This document shows, piece after piece, positions 23,990 to 37,059 of a stretch of 64,000 nt of DNA (position 1 is the first letter of the stretch; each line of letters begins with the position of its first letter). Below the pieces are notes generated by a model. The model saw only the letters and a list, made by a program, of their open reading frames with translations. It was not told where the DNA came from and searched no databases. Source of the DNA: Octopus bimaculoides (lineage: Eukaryota); contig NC_068985.1 in assembly GCF_001194135.2 (NCBI RefSeq), positions 32,361,145 through 32,425,144 on the forward strand. The letters are read 5' to 3'. The position numbers were made by a program, and so were the translations under genes.

Positions 23990-25110
23990 TTATACCTATC
24001 ATCCATTGACATGAAGAAGGCCTTTGACGGGATTCTACATTCTGCTGTCCAGGGATTAAGAGGACAAGAGATAGATAAATGATATGAGAAGCCCATGGAA
24101 GTCATGTATACAGGTGCAGTTGACAAAGTGAGAACAATGAATCCAGCAAAAAATTTAGCATGCAAGTAAGGGTCGTCAGAGCTTAGTTTTCTGCTGTATT
24201 GTTTATTTTAGTCCACTGAGCCATAATACAAAAGTTACTTGTCTGCAGGAATTCCTATATGCTTATGACCTAGTTCTTGGAGTCAAATCTGCTCAGAGAA
24301 GAAATTAAAGATATGGCAGCAAAACTTGAGAGGTCTCAAGTAACCTTAGCTAAAGCTAAAACTTTTGTTAGTAGCAAAGTAGTTAAGATTGTGCTATCAT
24401 CAAGGAAATGACTGTGCTTGATAGAAATTCCATGAGATAAACTAGGCACATGCAAGTGGTGTGGTGGGATGACAAGCAGGCTGACAGTGAAAGTAAATTC
24501 TGTATGTGGCAGATGCACATGAGCACTCAGCAATAAAAGTACACAGAAAATACTTTAAAATTAAAAGCTTATTACCTTTGTGATCTAATTAGGTGTGGAA
24601 AGTTCTAGAGAATAGTAGCTACAAGTAATACAAGGTGGAAAAAGCTCAGGGAGTTATTACATCTGCTAGTAATAATAGATTTCTCTCTAAGTAAAGTGCA
24701 GATTGTATAATGTCTGCATATGAAGTGCAATGCTACATGCTAGTGAGATGAGTCTTAAATGTGGAGCATTTGCAAAGGCTGGAAATATATGAAGTGAGCA
24801 TGCTCTGCTGGTTGTATATTGTTAGTGTGCAGAACAATGGAACACAAATGAACTTAGAAAATACTGGGTGTTAGAGGAATCAGATGTAATATACAAGAGA
24901 GAGAAGATTGTGCTGGTATGAGCAGATGATGCATATGGAAGATGTTAATTGTATAAAGAAGTGCTGAGTATTCAGTGATTGAATCTTTGTCAAAAAAACT
25001 GACTCTTGAAGGAAATGACAAAGGACTATGACAACTAGCACTACTTGGTGCTGGAGAAGATCCACTTGGACAATCATGGCACAACAAATGTTAAAATGAT
25101 GGTAGGTTGG
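23990..25110 (+). mobile_element. Old decayed RTE LINE (RT and C-terminal domain)
   Basis: IDMKKAFD at about 24005, FLYAYDLVL at about 24252, then SAMLHASE and EVSMLCW. Colinear with the RTE ORF at 57128-57700. Confidence 0.7.
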
Positions 25111-25628
25111 AATGTGCATATCAACGTTTGGCTTTTGCCTATTGTGTTGTTGTCAAGTCTTTATTTATGGCTCTATCATCTTTTTATAACCCTCTAATTT
25201 AGCTCCATTCTTCTGTCACTACCATGCTGCCTGTCCAATATTCATTCGCTCTCTTATCACTATACCTGTTTCCCATCATGCCCACTGTATTAAAGGCTGA
25301 CATTGACTCTGTATTCAACCTCACTACCATCACCATTTATTGCAAGCTAATCACTCTTTATCTTCTTTCTACATTACTTACTCTCTTATTACTTATCACA
25401 ACCATCTCTCTTAGACTGTCCTATTCATTGCTTTCATACATTACACTGTCTCTCTTCCATTACTCCACTGCCTCTATCACTTTGTTTCTCTCATCATAAT
25501 CACTACTACCACTCTTTTCTCTCTTTATTACTCCCTTCTATCCATCTTCTCAGTCATGTTATCTTGAACAAATGGTAACAGTATACAATAGAGAAGACTC
25601 ATTAGTCTTGTCAGAGACAAAGCAATCT

Positions 25629-25853
25629 GTTATTTCTTTACTGCCCACAAGGGGCTGCACACAGAGGGGACAGACAAATGGATTAAGTCGATTATATCGA
25701 CCCCAGTGCGTAACTGGTACTTATTTAATTGACCCTGAAAGGATGAAAGGCAAAGTTGACCTCGACGGAATTTGAACTCAGAACGTAGTGGCAGACGAAA
25801 TACCGCTAAGCATTTCGCCCGGCGTGCTAACATTTCTGCCAGCTCGCCGCCTT
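25629..25853 (-). mobile_element. Full-length family-X SINE with target-site duplication
   Basis: Head GGCGGCGAGCTGGCAGAA, B box GAGTTCAAATTCC, tail GGGCAGTAAAGAAATAA. TSD GACAAAGCAATCT at 25616-25628 and 25857-25869. Many CpGs are retained. Confidence 0.92.
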
Positions 25854-27179
25854 AGGGACAAAGCAATCTTTGTCATACTTGTGTCACAGTAAAACACAGT
25901 GCTTTGTAAAGTCATTAGTGAACCTAGACAATGTAGTATAGAAAAGACTCTTTGTTCTTGTTGAGGATAAAACAATCTTTCTAGTGTTGGGGATCCATGA
26001 TAAAATGAAGTCAGTGGTTGCTGTTAGGAATGTATTCAGCTGTATAAATCCTATCAGAGTAAGTCATGACTCTCAACCTGTCTAGAAGGGCACTAATTCC
26101 ATGTAAGAATTGACTTGGACCAAAACGATTGTCAAACCCATGTAAAATAGGAGGAGCAAATGTGTCTAATCCATAACACCTTAGAATGAAAGTAGTGTAT
26201 CAAATTATGGCTAATCTAGTCATGAGTAAATGCATAAAATGTAATTAGTAATTTGAGATACTTGAGCTGCTGAAATGCTCTGTTATGATAATTCACTTAA
26301 AATAATAAAGGTTTGTTGTTTCAATAGTCTATTCATTTTGTTGAGTGAGTTAACACTGAAATGATGTCAAAAGTTAAAGTGGTTAGAAGTTTAGAGAACT
26401 TTAGCATTTTATTCACAATAATGTAAAGAAATGAGTTATGTGATTGATATATGTATTAAAAAAGTAACTATAGTTAGTGGAAGATTTATAACATCTGGGT
26501 CAGATTTTTTCCAAAGGATGTATGAAGCAAATTTTGGAAACCAGCTAAGTGCAAGTGATCTGAAAAAGTGGTTACATTGAAAATATAAATTCGCTTAAGA
26601 GTGAAAGATTTAATTTTAGGCAAAATAGTTGATGCCCCTCATTTATAAATGTTATATGCCACAAGTACCTCCAGACTGTCTTCACTGATGCAACAGTGCT
26701 AATAATATAAACATTGAAATGAATGATGTTAATGAAGTGAATATGTGAGTTGTTTAGCTAAGCTAAATGCAGCAGGGTCAAGCAAAAAAATAAATAGATA
26801 AAAAAAGAGACTGGAATAGTTACATTACCTAATATGAGATCAGTAACAGCTGGGAAAAGCTTGTCCAGTTATTAACCTGAAGGAAAACTGTTCACGATAA
26901 GCAATTATCAAATTTGATAGGTGACTGCACTTACCCTATCTATATTGGCTGTAATTTTCTCTTTTGAAGTTTGTTGTTTCATGTGTCGTATTTACTCTAT
27001 TTCCTTTACAAAATACATTTATGAATGCTCTACAAACTTGTGTTTGCACTTTGGATTATGATCCCAAATTCTGAATGGTAGTTTGATTATTGAGTCTTTG
27101 CTTTAACAGCAATTATTTAATTGTAAGTAGGGGTAGTTTGAAGATTTAGCATTATTTACTCTACGACCTTCATTTGTTT

Positions 27180-27290
27180 TAGCTCAGATTGAGCAGACCA
27201 ATGATCAAAGAAGCTCCATATGTGATTGCATTCTTTTTTCTAGACAGTGTACTGAGGATTACATATTCCAGTGAATCTTTTCTGTTTTTA
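27180..27290 (+). repeat. Dispersed repeat family also at about 17720-17860 and 58580-58750
   Basis: Shared motif 'agcaga(c/t)c(a/t)(a/t)tgatcaaag...ccagc' followed in two copies by 'gatt(t/a)gg..gct.tttc'. Confidence 0.45.
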
Positions 27291-27789
27291 TAATTTATTT
27301 TATTCTTATTGTTTTTGAAAGAAATTTGTCTACTAATTCTTGTAAAATTAACAATTGCTTAAATGTTTCCTGAAATTCAAAACTTGTATAGGAACATAAG
27401 TTTTGAATTTCTATTATATTGTAATTTTTTTTTTTTTGTTTAGTTAGTACAGTGATTTTTCTTAGCTCAAGGTTGACATTGAGTGAGGTATTGCATAGCA
27501 AATATTTTCCATATCTGTACTTGTATGTAAGTTAGTTTTCTTTTTATTATGTGAAAAAAAAGCATGATAAACTGTAAAGTTTATCTGCACCTTGCTGTGC
27601 ATTTAATTTGAAATTTTGCACTTTACACTGACTGTAAAAGATGAGTTATGTCACTATGTAGTTCATATGAATTTTGATATTGGAAACAAGTATTCTTTGA
27701 TGTCATGTAAAAATAAAAACACAACTACTTCAGCAGAATTTGATTCTGCTATAAAACAAGCATGTCATTGACAGTATGCAGTCCCATGA

Positions 27790-28395
27790 GCTTCCACATA
27801 TGCATATCGTAATGCAGAGTTTTCTGTCAGTTGGCTGCAATCCTAATGCCAATAAGATGCTGCTCTTGCTGTCAGTTTGTTCTGAGCATAGATTTTACAT
27901 AGCATCAGAATCTTCAACATTCTATATGGTAGGAGGCAGCTTGTCCTGACCAAGAACAGTTATGCTATACTGGACATGGGAGTGGAGTCTTCTGGGTAAT
28001 GCAGATGAGTGGGAGTGCTCAGCAGACCTCACAAGATCAACAAAACACCCAGAAATTATCAGGAAGAGTGAGTGGCTTGAGGTTGGATATCATATTCCAT
28101 TCCAGTTCATCTAAGCAACTGATTTTGATTAAACTCAGTTATTTGAAAGTAGAATAGAAGCCGCACATGTTCAAGACTGAACAATATGCCAATTTGGCCA
28201 ACAGCCTGAGGAAAGCCAACTTCTGGGTCAAAGTTCTTGTCATAGAAGTTGGTGCCAGAGGTTATCTGGGCAAATCTGCTTAAGATCTCAGGAAATAGCT
28301 CTTAGTCTCTGGGAAGAACATGACCAAATCCCTAAAGGCAATATTGGAGACAGCAGCGGTATTCCAGCTGGATATGGTCAAGGAGGAACAAATGA
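27790..28395 (+). mobile_element. Decayed non-LTR element C-terminus with restriction-like endonuclease (HERO-like, R2 superfamily)
   Basis: Frameshifted: LLGNADEWECSADL..KHPEII / LRLDIIFHSSSSKQLILIKL / ESRIEAAH / FKTEQYANLANSLRKANFWVKVLVIEVGARGY / YSSWIWSRRNK*. This follows the RPD..IELTVPWE..EVGxRG..WLW pattern. Confidence 0.75.
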
Positions 28396-30924
28396 CCTCC
28401 ATACCACATGAAGGCAATTTTTTTTTGTTTTTTAAGACTAAGGGAACTAACTTTGAGTGAGTCATAGTGGTAACCTTGACATGACTACCAACATCATTTC
28501 TTATTTAATATGTTTGAAAGCAGAGGCAATGGAGAAGAGCTCCAGCTAGATCAAATTTCTGTGGTTTAAATGCATAAGTCTCCAATATCCAAGTGGTTAG
28601 AAAGTATCATCAGAAGAACCCCCAGGAGTCATGATCAGGATGCAGCCCAGCCCCCTTAGAGTGTAAAAAGGGCCAAAACATTTACCTGAGGGGTTTCTTC
28701 TCTGAAGACCTTCTGCTGTTCAGCTCTCTTGAGAGTTTCTTACAACTGTGATATCTTGGGATTTGGCTAGACTCTATTGGCAATGATTATAATTATTTAA
28801 GCTACATGTGCTTTAAGATGCAAATTAAGCTGGAACTAGTATTCTCAAAAGACAATATGACTTAACTGCAAGTAAAGGCTGAATCCAAAATATTACAAAC
28901 ACAAAGTGGGTACTGTTTCTTTTTCACTTACCTTCAGATATTTTACTGGGATGGGTCAGAGAACCTAAAATCTTTAGTATTTCTTTCTTGCTCTGTCCCT
29001 CTCCCCTTCTCTCATTTGTTTTTATGGTTTTTACTGTATTTGTGCATGTGCAGTTTTTGAAATTTTACTTTGCCTTTTGGAAAAGAATGTTCTCTAAATT
29101 GTTTCTCAATGTCACTAACTGAAGATTCTCTGCACTTTTAGAAGTTGTGATCATTGACATTTTAAGCATAGTGTTCTGTGGCTGAATTATAATCATCATT
29201 CACTTGCCATTCACTAACTGATTCTCTATTAAGAACATTTTGTTCATAACATTATTTGCATTACCTATACTAATAGTGTGCCGGTATTATTTAGCTCGGA
29301 TTATCAATAAACTATAACAATGTTATTTATTTAGGATTCATTTTGTTTCACAATGATGTTAGGTTACTTTATCATTTGCATTCATTTAGATGATTCTCTT
29401 GAACTGATCTCTGATGTATTTAGCATTTCAATTTGTCAGTTCATGAAGTATTCTCTTGTTGACAACATTAAAAGAAATTGCTTTATGATTCATTCTGCTA
29501 TTTCATTTAGTTATTTTTTTAAACTTCGTATATATAATTTACTCCTGGTGTTGAACTATTTATTCCATCAACCAGTGTGAAACTTGAAATATAGTAAATA
29601 GTTGAGTTGAAAAGATCTAATGAATATACAAATCTTGGCATTTCTTATGAATATTTGTTTCCTTCTACTTCTCTTAATATATTTATTCTTTAGATTTCAT
29701 CTGTTGTTTCTTTGGTAAAATTCTTTTTGTAGCTTCTTATATTCTAATGTTTAAATTAATTCTTTCTGAAAGCAATTAAAATTCTTGAAAATTTTTGTAT
29801 ATGTAATCATCTCTTCATAGTCTTCAGAGTGTAAGATATTGTGAATGTTGCTGATATGAATCTTTTATGTTTCTTGCACTAATTTCTTATACAATTGGGT
29901 AGATCTGGAAATTTTTTATCAGTTTTCAAAGGACACATCTAAGTAATATTCAGCCATAGAAGCATGTCATTTATGTCCATGCCCCTGCACGCAATCTATC
30001 CCTGACAAACCTGTCCCCACAACCCAACTTCCTAACAATTCCCCCTCCTTTCACCAGGGTTCACTATTTGCTGTATTTCTCTCCCTTAGCATCCTCTCAA
30101 ACCTACTTGCACATAATGTCCCTGTTGATTCTCTTGTCCACAACATATATTCCTAACACTCTCTCCCTCTTCTTGTGTCCACTCACTAAATTCTCTCCTC
30201 TCCCCCTCCATTGCCCACTCTCACAATCTTGTGAACTTACCATCTCACTCAGTGCAGTCCTTGGTCCCACTTATATACACCTCCCTGTAACTTTAACATC
30301 CCCCCCATTACATCTACACCATCTTCTCTCTGTATCTCTACTATATCTCTCTACTGCAAGACACTTATTTCTGTCTCTCTACTCATACTCTAACCACTCA
30401 TCACTTGGCACAGCCACCTCCTTCAATACTCATCTCCTTTCAGTTGAAGGGTCTTGTTTTTCGAGTTACAGTATGGACTGGGTGCATTTTATTGTCCTGG
30501 TACAACTCTTATTTCGTACTAAGCAGACCTATAGCTCATAAGTAATCAATTCAATGTGTAGGTGTGATTGACAGATTTATATCTCTGCAATGCATGGCCT
30601 TTTAAAAAATTTTTTATTCAGATAAAGTTTGGCTGTCTGTTTTTGTATACTCGTAGGTTCTGATGATCTCCACAAAAGCTGTTCTTCAACATTTGTTCCT
30701 GGTAGTGTGCATGCTGGTACTTTTTGGGCATAATGAAATTATTGATAAGGCTGATACTTTTGTGTGTGCTTTTTGTGATGTAACTGAGTGAAAAGGATGG
30801 TGTTTGGGGTGATTGTACATAGTAGGATGGCAGGAACTGTGAGGGACTGTTACAGCAAGAATCCGCTTCTTGCATGTCTTGATGGCCTGCTGATAGTTTG
30901 TCTGGCTTGATGCAACATGTAATA

Positions 30925-31138
30925 ATAGTTTCAAATTTTTAATCCAGGCCAACAAGTTCAAGGGAGGAATTAAGTTGATTACTTGAACCTCAGTGCTCAA
31001 CTGGTACTTATTTTATCAACCCTAAAAGGATGAAAGGCACAGTTTACCTCAGTAGAATTTGAACATAGAACCTAAGAATGGATGAACTGCTGCTAAGGAT
31101 TTTGCCAAACATTCCACCAATTCTGCCAGCTTATCACT
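30925..31138 (-). mobile_element. Older family-X SINE with a perfect 18-bp TSD
   Basis: TTGATGCAACATGTAATA at 30907-30924 and 31139-31156 flanks a diverged SINE body. Confidence 0.85.
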
Positions 31139-31449
31139 TTGATGCAACATGTAATATTATCAATAAGTTTTTTTTCTTTATTCTTATTAGGGATCCAGGC
31201 ATACCAGGGATAATCCAAGGTAGAACTAATGTATTACTTGTAACATCAGTATCGTTTCATTGTTAGCCAAATGGAGTACCAGTTTGTGTCTCAGTTCACT
31301 TTCTTTACTGTTTCCTATGCATGCTATGGAGTTGTGGGTAATTATTTTTTTGGGGGTGTTTCCCACATTAGCCCTTTTTGAGCAAATCTATAATAAATAC
31401 AGTCTCTCCATGACCAACTTTTTCTTTCTTCAGTCATGTATCTAGGACA

Positions 31450-31600
31450 ATAAAGTGGTTGGCATTAAGATTATCCAGTTGTAGAAACTATGCCAAAGCA
31501 GACATTGAGACTTAGTACAGTTGTCTACATCAGCACCTGTCAAACTATCCAGCCCAAGCCAGCATGGAAAACAGATGTAAAATGGTGGTGGTGATGATGT
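31450..31600 (+). mobile_element. Short RTE 3'-tail copy (similar ones at about 16440, 20330 on minus, 26020, 49285, 52345)
   Basis: 'gtggttggcattaag..atccagttgtagaaactatgcc...cagcatggaaaacagatgtaaaatggtggtggtgatgatg'. Confidence 0.75.
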
Positions 31601-31656
31601 GATAGACAGTAAAAGGAAGGGCTGCTAATGTTTTAGTTACATGTTATATATATATA

Positions 31657-32026
31657 TTTATCTTTTAGTCTTTACTTGTTTCAGTCATTAGACTACAGCC
31701 ATGCCGCCCTGAGAACTTTTATGTCAAGTGAATCAATCGTAGTACTCTTTTTTTAAGCCTGGTACTTATTCTATCGGTCTCTTGGCTGAACCACTAAGTT
31801 ACAGGGATGTAAACAAACTAAACACAAAAACACCCACACATATAGATATATATATAGATGTATATATACAATGGGCTTCTTTCAGTTTCCATCGACCAAA
31901 TCCATTCACAAGGCTTTGGTCAGCCCAAGGCTATAGTAGAAGACACTTGCTCAAGGTGCTATACAGGGAGACTGAACTTGGAACCACATGGTTGAGAAGC
32001 AAGCTTCCTACTACACAGCCACGCAT
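31657..32026 (-). mobile_element. Family-Y SINE with CR1-like tail
   Basis: Homologous along its length to 54262-54682 and 6601-6988. Confidence 0.85.
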
Positions 32027-32039
32027 GTATACATATTGT

Positions 32040-32347
32040 CATTGTTTAACGTCCGCTTTCCATGCTGGCATGGGTTGGACAGTTTGACTGAGGACTGGTG
32101 AGCCAGAGGCTGCACCAGGCTCAATCTTATCTGGCAAAGTTTCTACAGCTGGATGCCCTTTCTAATGCCAACCACTCTGAGAGTGTAGTAGGTGCTTTTT
32201 ATGTGCCACTGGCACAAGGGCCAATCAGGCGGTTCTGGCAATGACCACGCTCAAAAGGTGTTTTTATGTGCTACCTGCACGGGAGCCAGTCCGGCGGCAC
32301 TGGCAACGGCCATGCTCGAATGTTGTTTTTCACATGCCACTGGCACT
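32040..32347 (-). mobile_element. RTE 3' UTR fragment
   Basis: 'gtttaacgtccgctttccatgctggcatgggttgg...ctggatgccct...gtgccactggcac' is colinear with 56656-57100. Confidence 0.85.
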
Positions 32348-33499
32348 TGTATGTGTATCTGTGAGTCTCCCCACCTACATACTTTATGGTACTATACATA
32401 CTGAATTATTACCTGAGTATTTCAGAGTGGAGGATGAAGTCATTAGCCCCTTGTCCAATTTCGTAGAGGGTCAAGTGCTGCTTTTTTTGTCTGGCTCTCC
32501 AAGTACAAAGTTTTACCAATATTTAACTCACATGCACACACACACAAAAAGTATATTTCAAAATATTCCAAATAATATTGCTGATTATGTAAGATCAAGC
32601 ACTTTCTGCAGATAGCCAAAGTAAGCGTGAAAGTGAATAGTACAGTTCATTTCAATAAATAGTATTTAAAAAAATAGTAGTTTAAAAAAAAAAGGAATCT
32701 AATAAGCAAATCTTAATCCCCTTTTAATCTGTGGCCTTACAAATAATAACTGGGTATTTGTCATTGCCAGCCTAATATGAAAATAGCTTTCTCTTGTCAT
32801 ACCAGATCTACTCTAATTGAACATCCAAGACTTTGTTTTTTATTATTTTAGATGTGGAGGGAGCAAATTAATGATACATAAATGTAATTCATAATTCAAC
32901 ATCTTTTTGGTATGCTTAAAAGATAAATTCTCAAGGTATTATTATTACGTGAATTTTTTGAAAAATATTCATATAAAGTAATTACTTGAGGTGTGTCCTT
33001 TTGAAAATAAGAACAAAAATATTTCATTTATATCTCATCAGAACAATTACTATAAATAAAAATATTGATAGTTATGGGTAAATTCAAGTCTTTTATGGTA
33101 GTGCAGGGCTGGGCTTTATTACAGGAACACTTTTACTGTAGTGAATTTATTGGATAATATTTATAGTTTGTTTTATGGATGCACATACCATCTTGCTGAA
33201 GGGAGTTTTAAAAGGTTTAAGAAAAAAAAAACAAATTTAAGATAAACATTTAAAGTAACTGAGTTTTTTTAATCTTGTTTAAATATGATTTTATAGTCTT
33301 AAGATGGAAATTAAAATTTCTTTCTAAAAACCATTGTTTAAAGTTTTCACCATAGTTACTTGAGTATGTGTGCTACCTATATACATATATTACAGAAAGA
33401 TGGAAAACATTTTGTGTACTTCTACCACTGGAAACAGATTGCTTCTTTCTTTAAGCAAATGCAGTAATTATGAGACATGCATAAGAAAAGTAACACTGT

Positions 33500-33925
33500 A
33501 TAGGAATGAGACTTTGGCTGTGCATGCAGAAGACCCAAAGTGATTAGAAAGGAATGATCTGATGGATGTGTAACACTTACTTCTGAAATGATACTTGTAA
33601 TTCTTACTTGGGAGAAATGAGAAGATGCCTATGCATCAACAGTATCTGGAGGTGTGTGTAGATAAATCAGCTGTAGTTTGGGCATGTGAAGCAAATAGAT
33701 GGAGTACAATTTGGTTGAAAGGTAATATGGTTGGGAGTAGAGATGCACTTTGGAAAATTTGAGTAGTTGTGACTGGGACAGGCATAAGAACAGTTCCTTA
33801 ATATGTTGAAAATTGTTTTAGTGGAAACTTGTCCAATCCTTTCCAGCCTGTAAAAAGAATAAATAAATAAATAAAAAGCGGATTGTGTGTAACCCATGCT
33901 AGCATAGCAAAATGAACTTTAAAAC
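33500..33925 (+). mobile_element. Very old RTE C-terminal and 3' remnant
   Basis: 'ttagaaaggaatgat..gatggatgtgtaac' (LERNx..WMCN) and terminal 'aacccatgctagcatagcaaaatgaactttaaa'. Confidence 0.5.
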
Positions 33926-36399
33926 AAATGTATTGTGAAGATAAATTGTTTAATTAGCACAGCAAAATAACAGTTTGTATCACAAATGGATGGACATAGG
34001 ATTTTAAATTAAAAAATGCTTACTGTATTCAAAACAGAATAGTAAAAACTTGTTAGACAGAAACACTGTGAACCATACAGGCATAGTTTTTAGCACATAC
34101 AGTTGGTATAATTATGGATATTGTTTTTATGCAAAATGTTACTAGTTTTGTGACTGTTGTGATAGTAGTTTATAATTTCATATAGTGAAATCCTGATTTA
34201 TCTTCTCCACTTTCATTTTCATTCAGCAAAATGTAATCTTGACATTTAACTTTTTACTTTACCTTAAGGTAATAATTTCCTGTAATCTGTTTCATCTTTT
34301 CAAAAGTTTTATCAGTTTATGAGACATTCTTCTTCATGAATTAAGTGTTCTTTGCTCATTCTTTTGAACTTGTTAGTGGCTTGGAGTAAGTTGTTTTTGA
34401 AGAATGTCTCGCTATCTTTTATATTTTAAGTTGACTATTTGTTTCTTTTGACTTTAACAGGAAATGGTTCTTGTTCATGGAAGATGACTTTTCAGTTTCC
34501 ATATTCTTTTCTAAGTTAAACTATATTGTTTTGCCTTAAAGTGTAAAAGTCTGTGTCGTAGATGACAGGGACAATTTTGTCTTTTTAACCAGTTTTCTTT
34601 TTTTCTTTAGTTAGGTTGGTTCTGACATTTACTTAGCTTTCAATCTTTCTGGCAAGTATGCGCTTAGTTGGTGATTTGATTTTTGTAGATTTGTTGTAGA
34701 TATTTCATGAGCTTCAAGACTTCTTCATTTTTATAACATTGCCTCCAGGTAAACCTGCTTATCCATTCTGTTATTTCCAGACACTACCAATAAATCTTTT
34801 TAGATTCTTTCTTGGAGATGTCCAAGTTCTATTTGGTCCTCAAATGAACACATTATAGGTTTTTACCATCTTTGTTCCTCAAGTTCTTTAAAACCACCAA
34901 GATCTAGAAAAGCACTTATATAACTCATCTGTTTCATCTACAGTTACATTAAATTTTTTTCATGTGCTTCTATCTCAAGCTTACATAGAACACTAATAAA
35001 TAACCTCAATATATCAATATTCATGCAATCTTATTTACTTGTTGCAAATTTTCTTAAACTGCTCTTTTTAGCAGCTAACAGAAATTTCTTTGCAATTTCA
35101 TTGGAACTACTCACTCTAGTTAAAAGCAAAAAATATGCTTTGCACATGCGAAAATGTGAAACTCTGAAAATCACATTCTCTAATCATTAATGGTGTGTAC
35201 ATGTGCATGCATGCATGTTCTCATGAGTGTAAGGAAAAGCATGTTTTCAGCATCCCCCTCTCTGTAGAAATATTACTTTTATTTATAGCAGTTGTTCTGA
35301 TGGTTTTTGTTCTTGTTTGCACCAGCTTTTCAATGAAAACAGCCTAATTCTGAAAATCAGACTTTTTATTCGAATTGTATATGTTCCCATATACAATAAA
35401 CATGCATGTGCAAATGTGTATGATACAAGTATTACACTTGATAATATTTTTTATGAAAATAAATGGATATAAAATTTATTGGCTTTCATGGAACCAAATC
35501 TAGTTTCTTCCTTGGCATTGTTGCCAAGTCACACTCCCAACCCGAGAAAGACCTAAAAGGTCCTCTTGAATTGGTAATATATGTTGGGATACCAGTTTTA
35601 AAAAATTATAAGAGAATGAAATGAATTTTGCTGTCTGAAAGAATTGCGGGAATGTTTTGTGTTTCTTACTCTGAATTCATACTTACATTCTGTACTTCAA
35701 ACATGCTGATTTTCAGGTAAATTTTCACATAATCTCATATGAACAGTGAATTTACAGAAATAGTGGTACTAAATGCATTACAATGTTTACCTTAATCTTT
35801 ATTAGATGGAGTACAGATATTGCTGTTTGTACCAACTTTGTATTTCATTTCTCAAGAGTTGGTAAAATAAGTTCTAATATTATCCCAGAATCCTATCTCC
35901 TAAATCAGTTGCCTGGGTGCTTAGCCATAAAACTTCACTATTAATGTATGAATTGAGAATTACTATAATAAACTAGAAGAGCACTCTGAGAGAGCAGACC
36001 TCCTTCCAAGCAGCTCATTTCTATCCATATACATGCCTGCTGAAAATTGCCCAATTTCCCAAACCAACGCCGGCAAAAACATAACCTCTTTGATAGGGTT
36101 AAAAAAAAACAAAAAACACAGCCATATGATTTTTAAAAAAAAACCTTTAAAAACAGGTATCATTTGAAGCAGTTATAATACATCAATGACAACAGCAAGC
36201 TAGTTTCACCATACAACTAAAAAGAAACAACAATTACCTAAAACTTGAGTGACACACACATAATGCGAGTAAAATTACTAATAGAGAAACGAAAATAAAC
36301 TTTGGAAACAGCAATGCCACCATAGGTTACGTTGAAATGATGAACGTGTTTTCAAGGGAGAAAATCAAAGAATGTAACATTGTAATACTTCATGTAAAG

Positions 36400-36612
36400 T
36401 AAATATAACAAATGAAAAATCCTTCAAGAATCCATAAGAATTCTTGGATCACTACCAAAATTTAATCATCTGTTCTTTGTGTCATTACCAATTTTTCCTG
36501 CAAGTTTCATCAAATACCGTTCACAACTTTTTGGGTTATTTTGCACACAGACAGACAATCGGACAAACCAATGCTGATGAAAACATAACCTCCTTCCTTG
36601 GCAGAGGTAAAA
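36400..36612 (+). mobile_element. Possible non-autonomous Helentron-associated (HINE-like) element 3' end
   Basis: 'acagacagacaatcggacaaacc..gatgaaaacataacctccttccttggcagaggtaa' with a terminal ACCTC..GAGGT hairpin. A degenerate second end is at 36061-36101. Confidence 0.45.
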
Positions 36613-37059
36613 AAATTACTAAAGATGTACATAAAGTAGGTATTGTTTTATGTACATTTAAAGTTTGTAACAAGACTTTAATGGCCGATAATTTTCTGGT
36701 ATTAGGAAAAGAAATCTGGATGTGACAATCAAAATTTAATGCAAATCATAACATTTTTCATTATATTAAGTTTTTGTTTATGGGCTAGACAACAAATTGA
36801 GTTGGTTGAGACCCCAGCTGAGATTTGAACTAGTCTAAAACCACCAAGTATTATGTTTCCATTAAGTAAAAATTGTTGCCTTAAAAGGTATTAATATTGA
36901 TGCAAACATGGCTGACTTTGTTGAGGAGGTAATCTTGAAAAAAACTGAGTTTTCCCATCAAACAGTTAGTTTGAAGATTCTAGGAGGATTTAACAACAAT
37001 TAAAGGACTGGTGAGAGCCACCTAATCACTTGGTCTCTCTTTTATTCTTTCACTTTTAA

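Noticed and set aside
25760-25853. A-box/B-box signals suggesting tRNA genes (also 54262-54330)
   Set aside because: They continue into SINE bodies and tails, one with a TSD, and I see no complete cloverleaf.
29980-30540. 157-aa Leu/Ser/Pro-rich ORF (likewise 25224-25499)
   Set aside because: CT-rich low-complexity DNA with a non-ATG start and no splice or domain evidence. It may be decayed repeat sequence.
34730-35722. Other AG|GT juxtapositions (CAG|GTAAAC at 34749, CAG|GTAAAT at 35717, also CAG|GTGAGG at 48727)
   Set aside because: Short or broken pyrimidine tracts, weaker donors and no clear downstream cryptic donor. Compatible with background.
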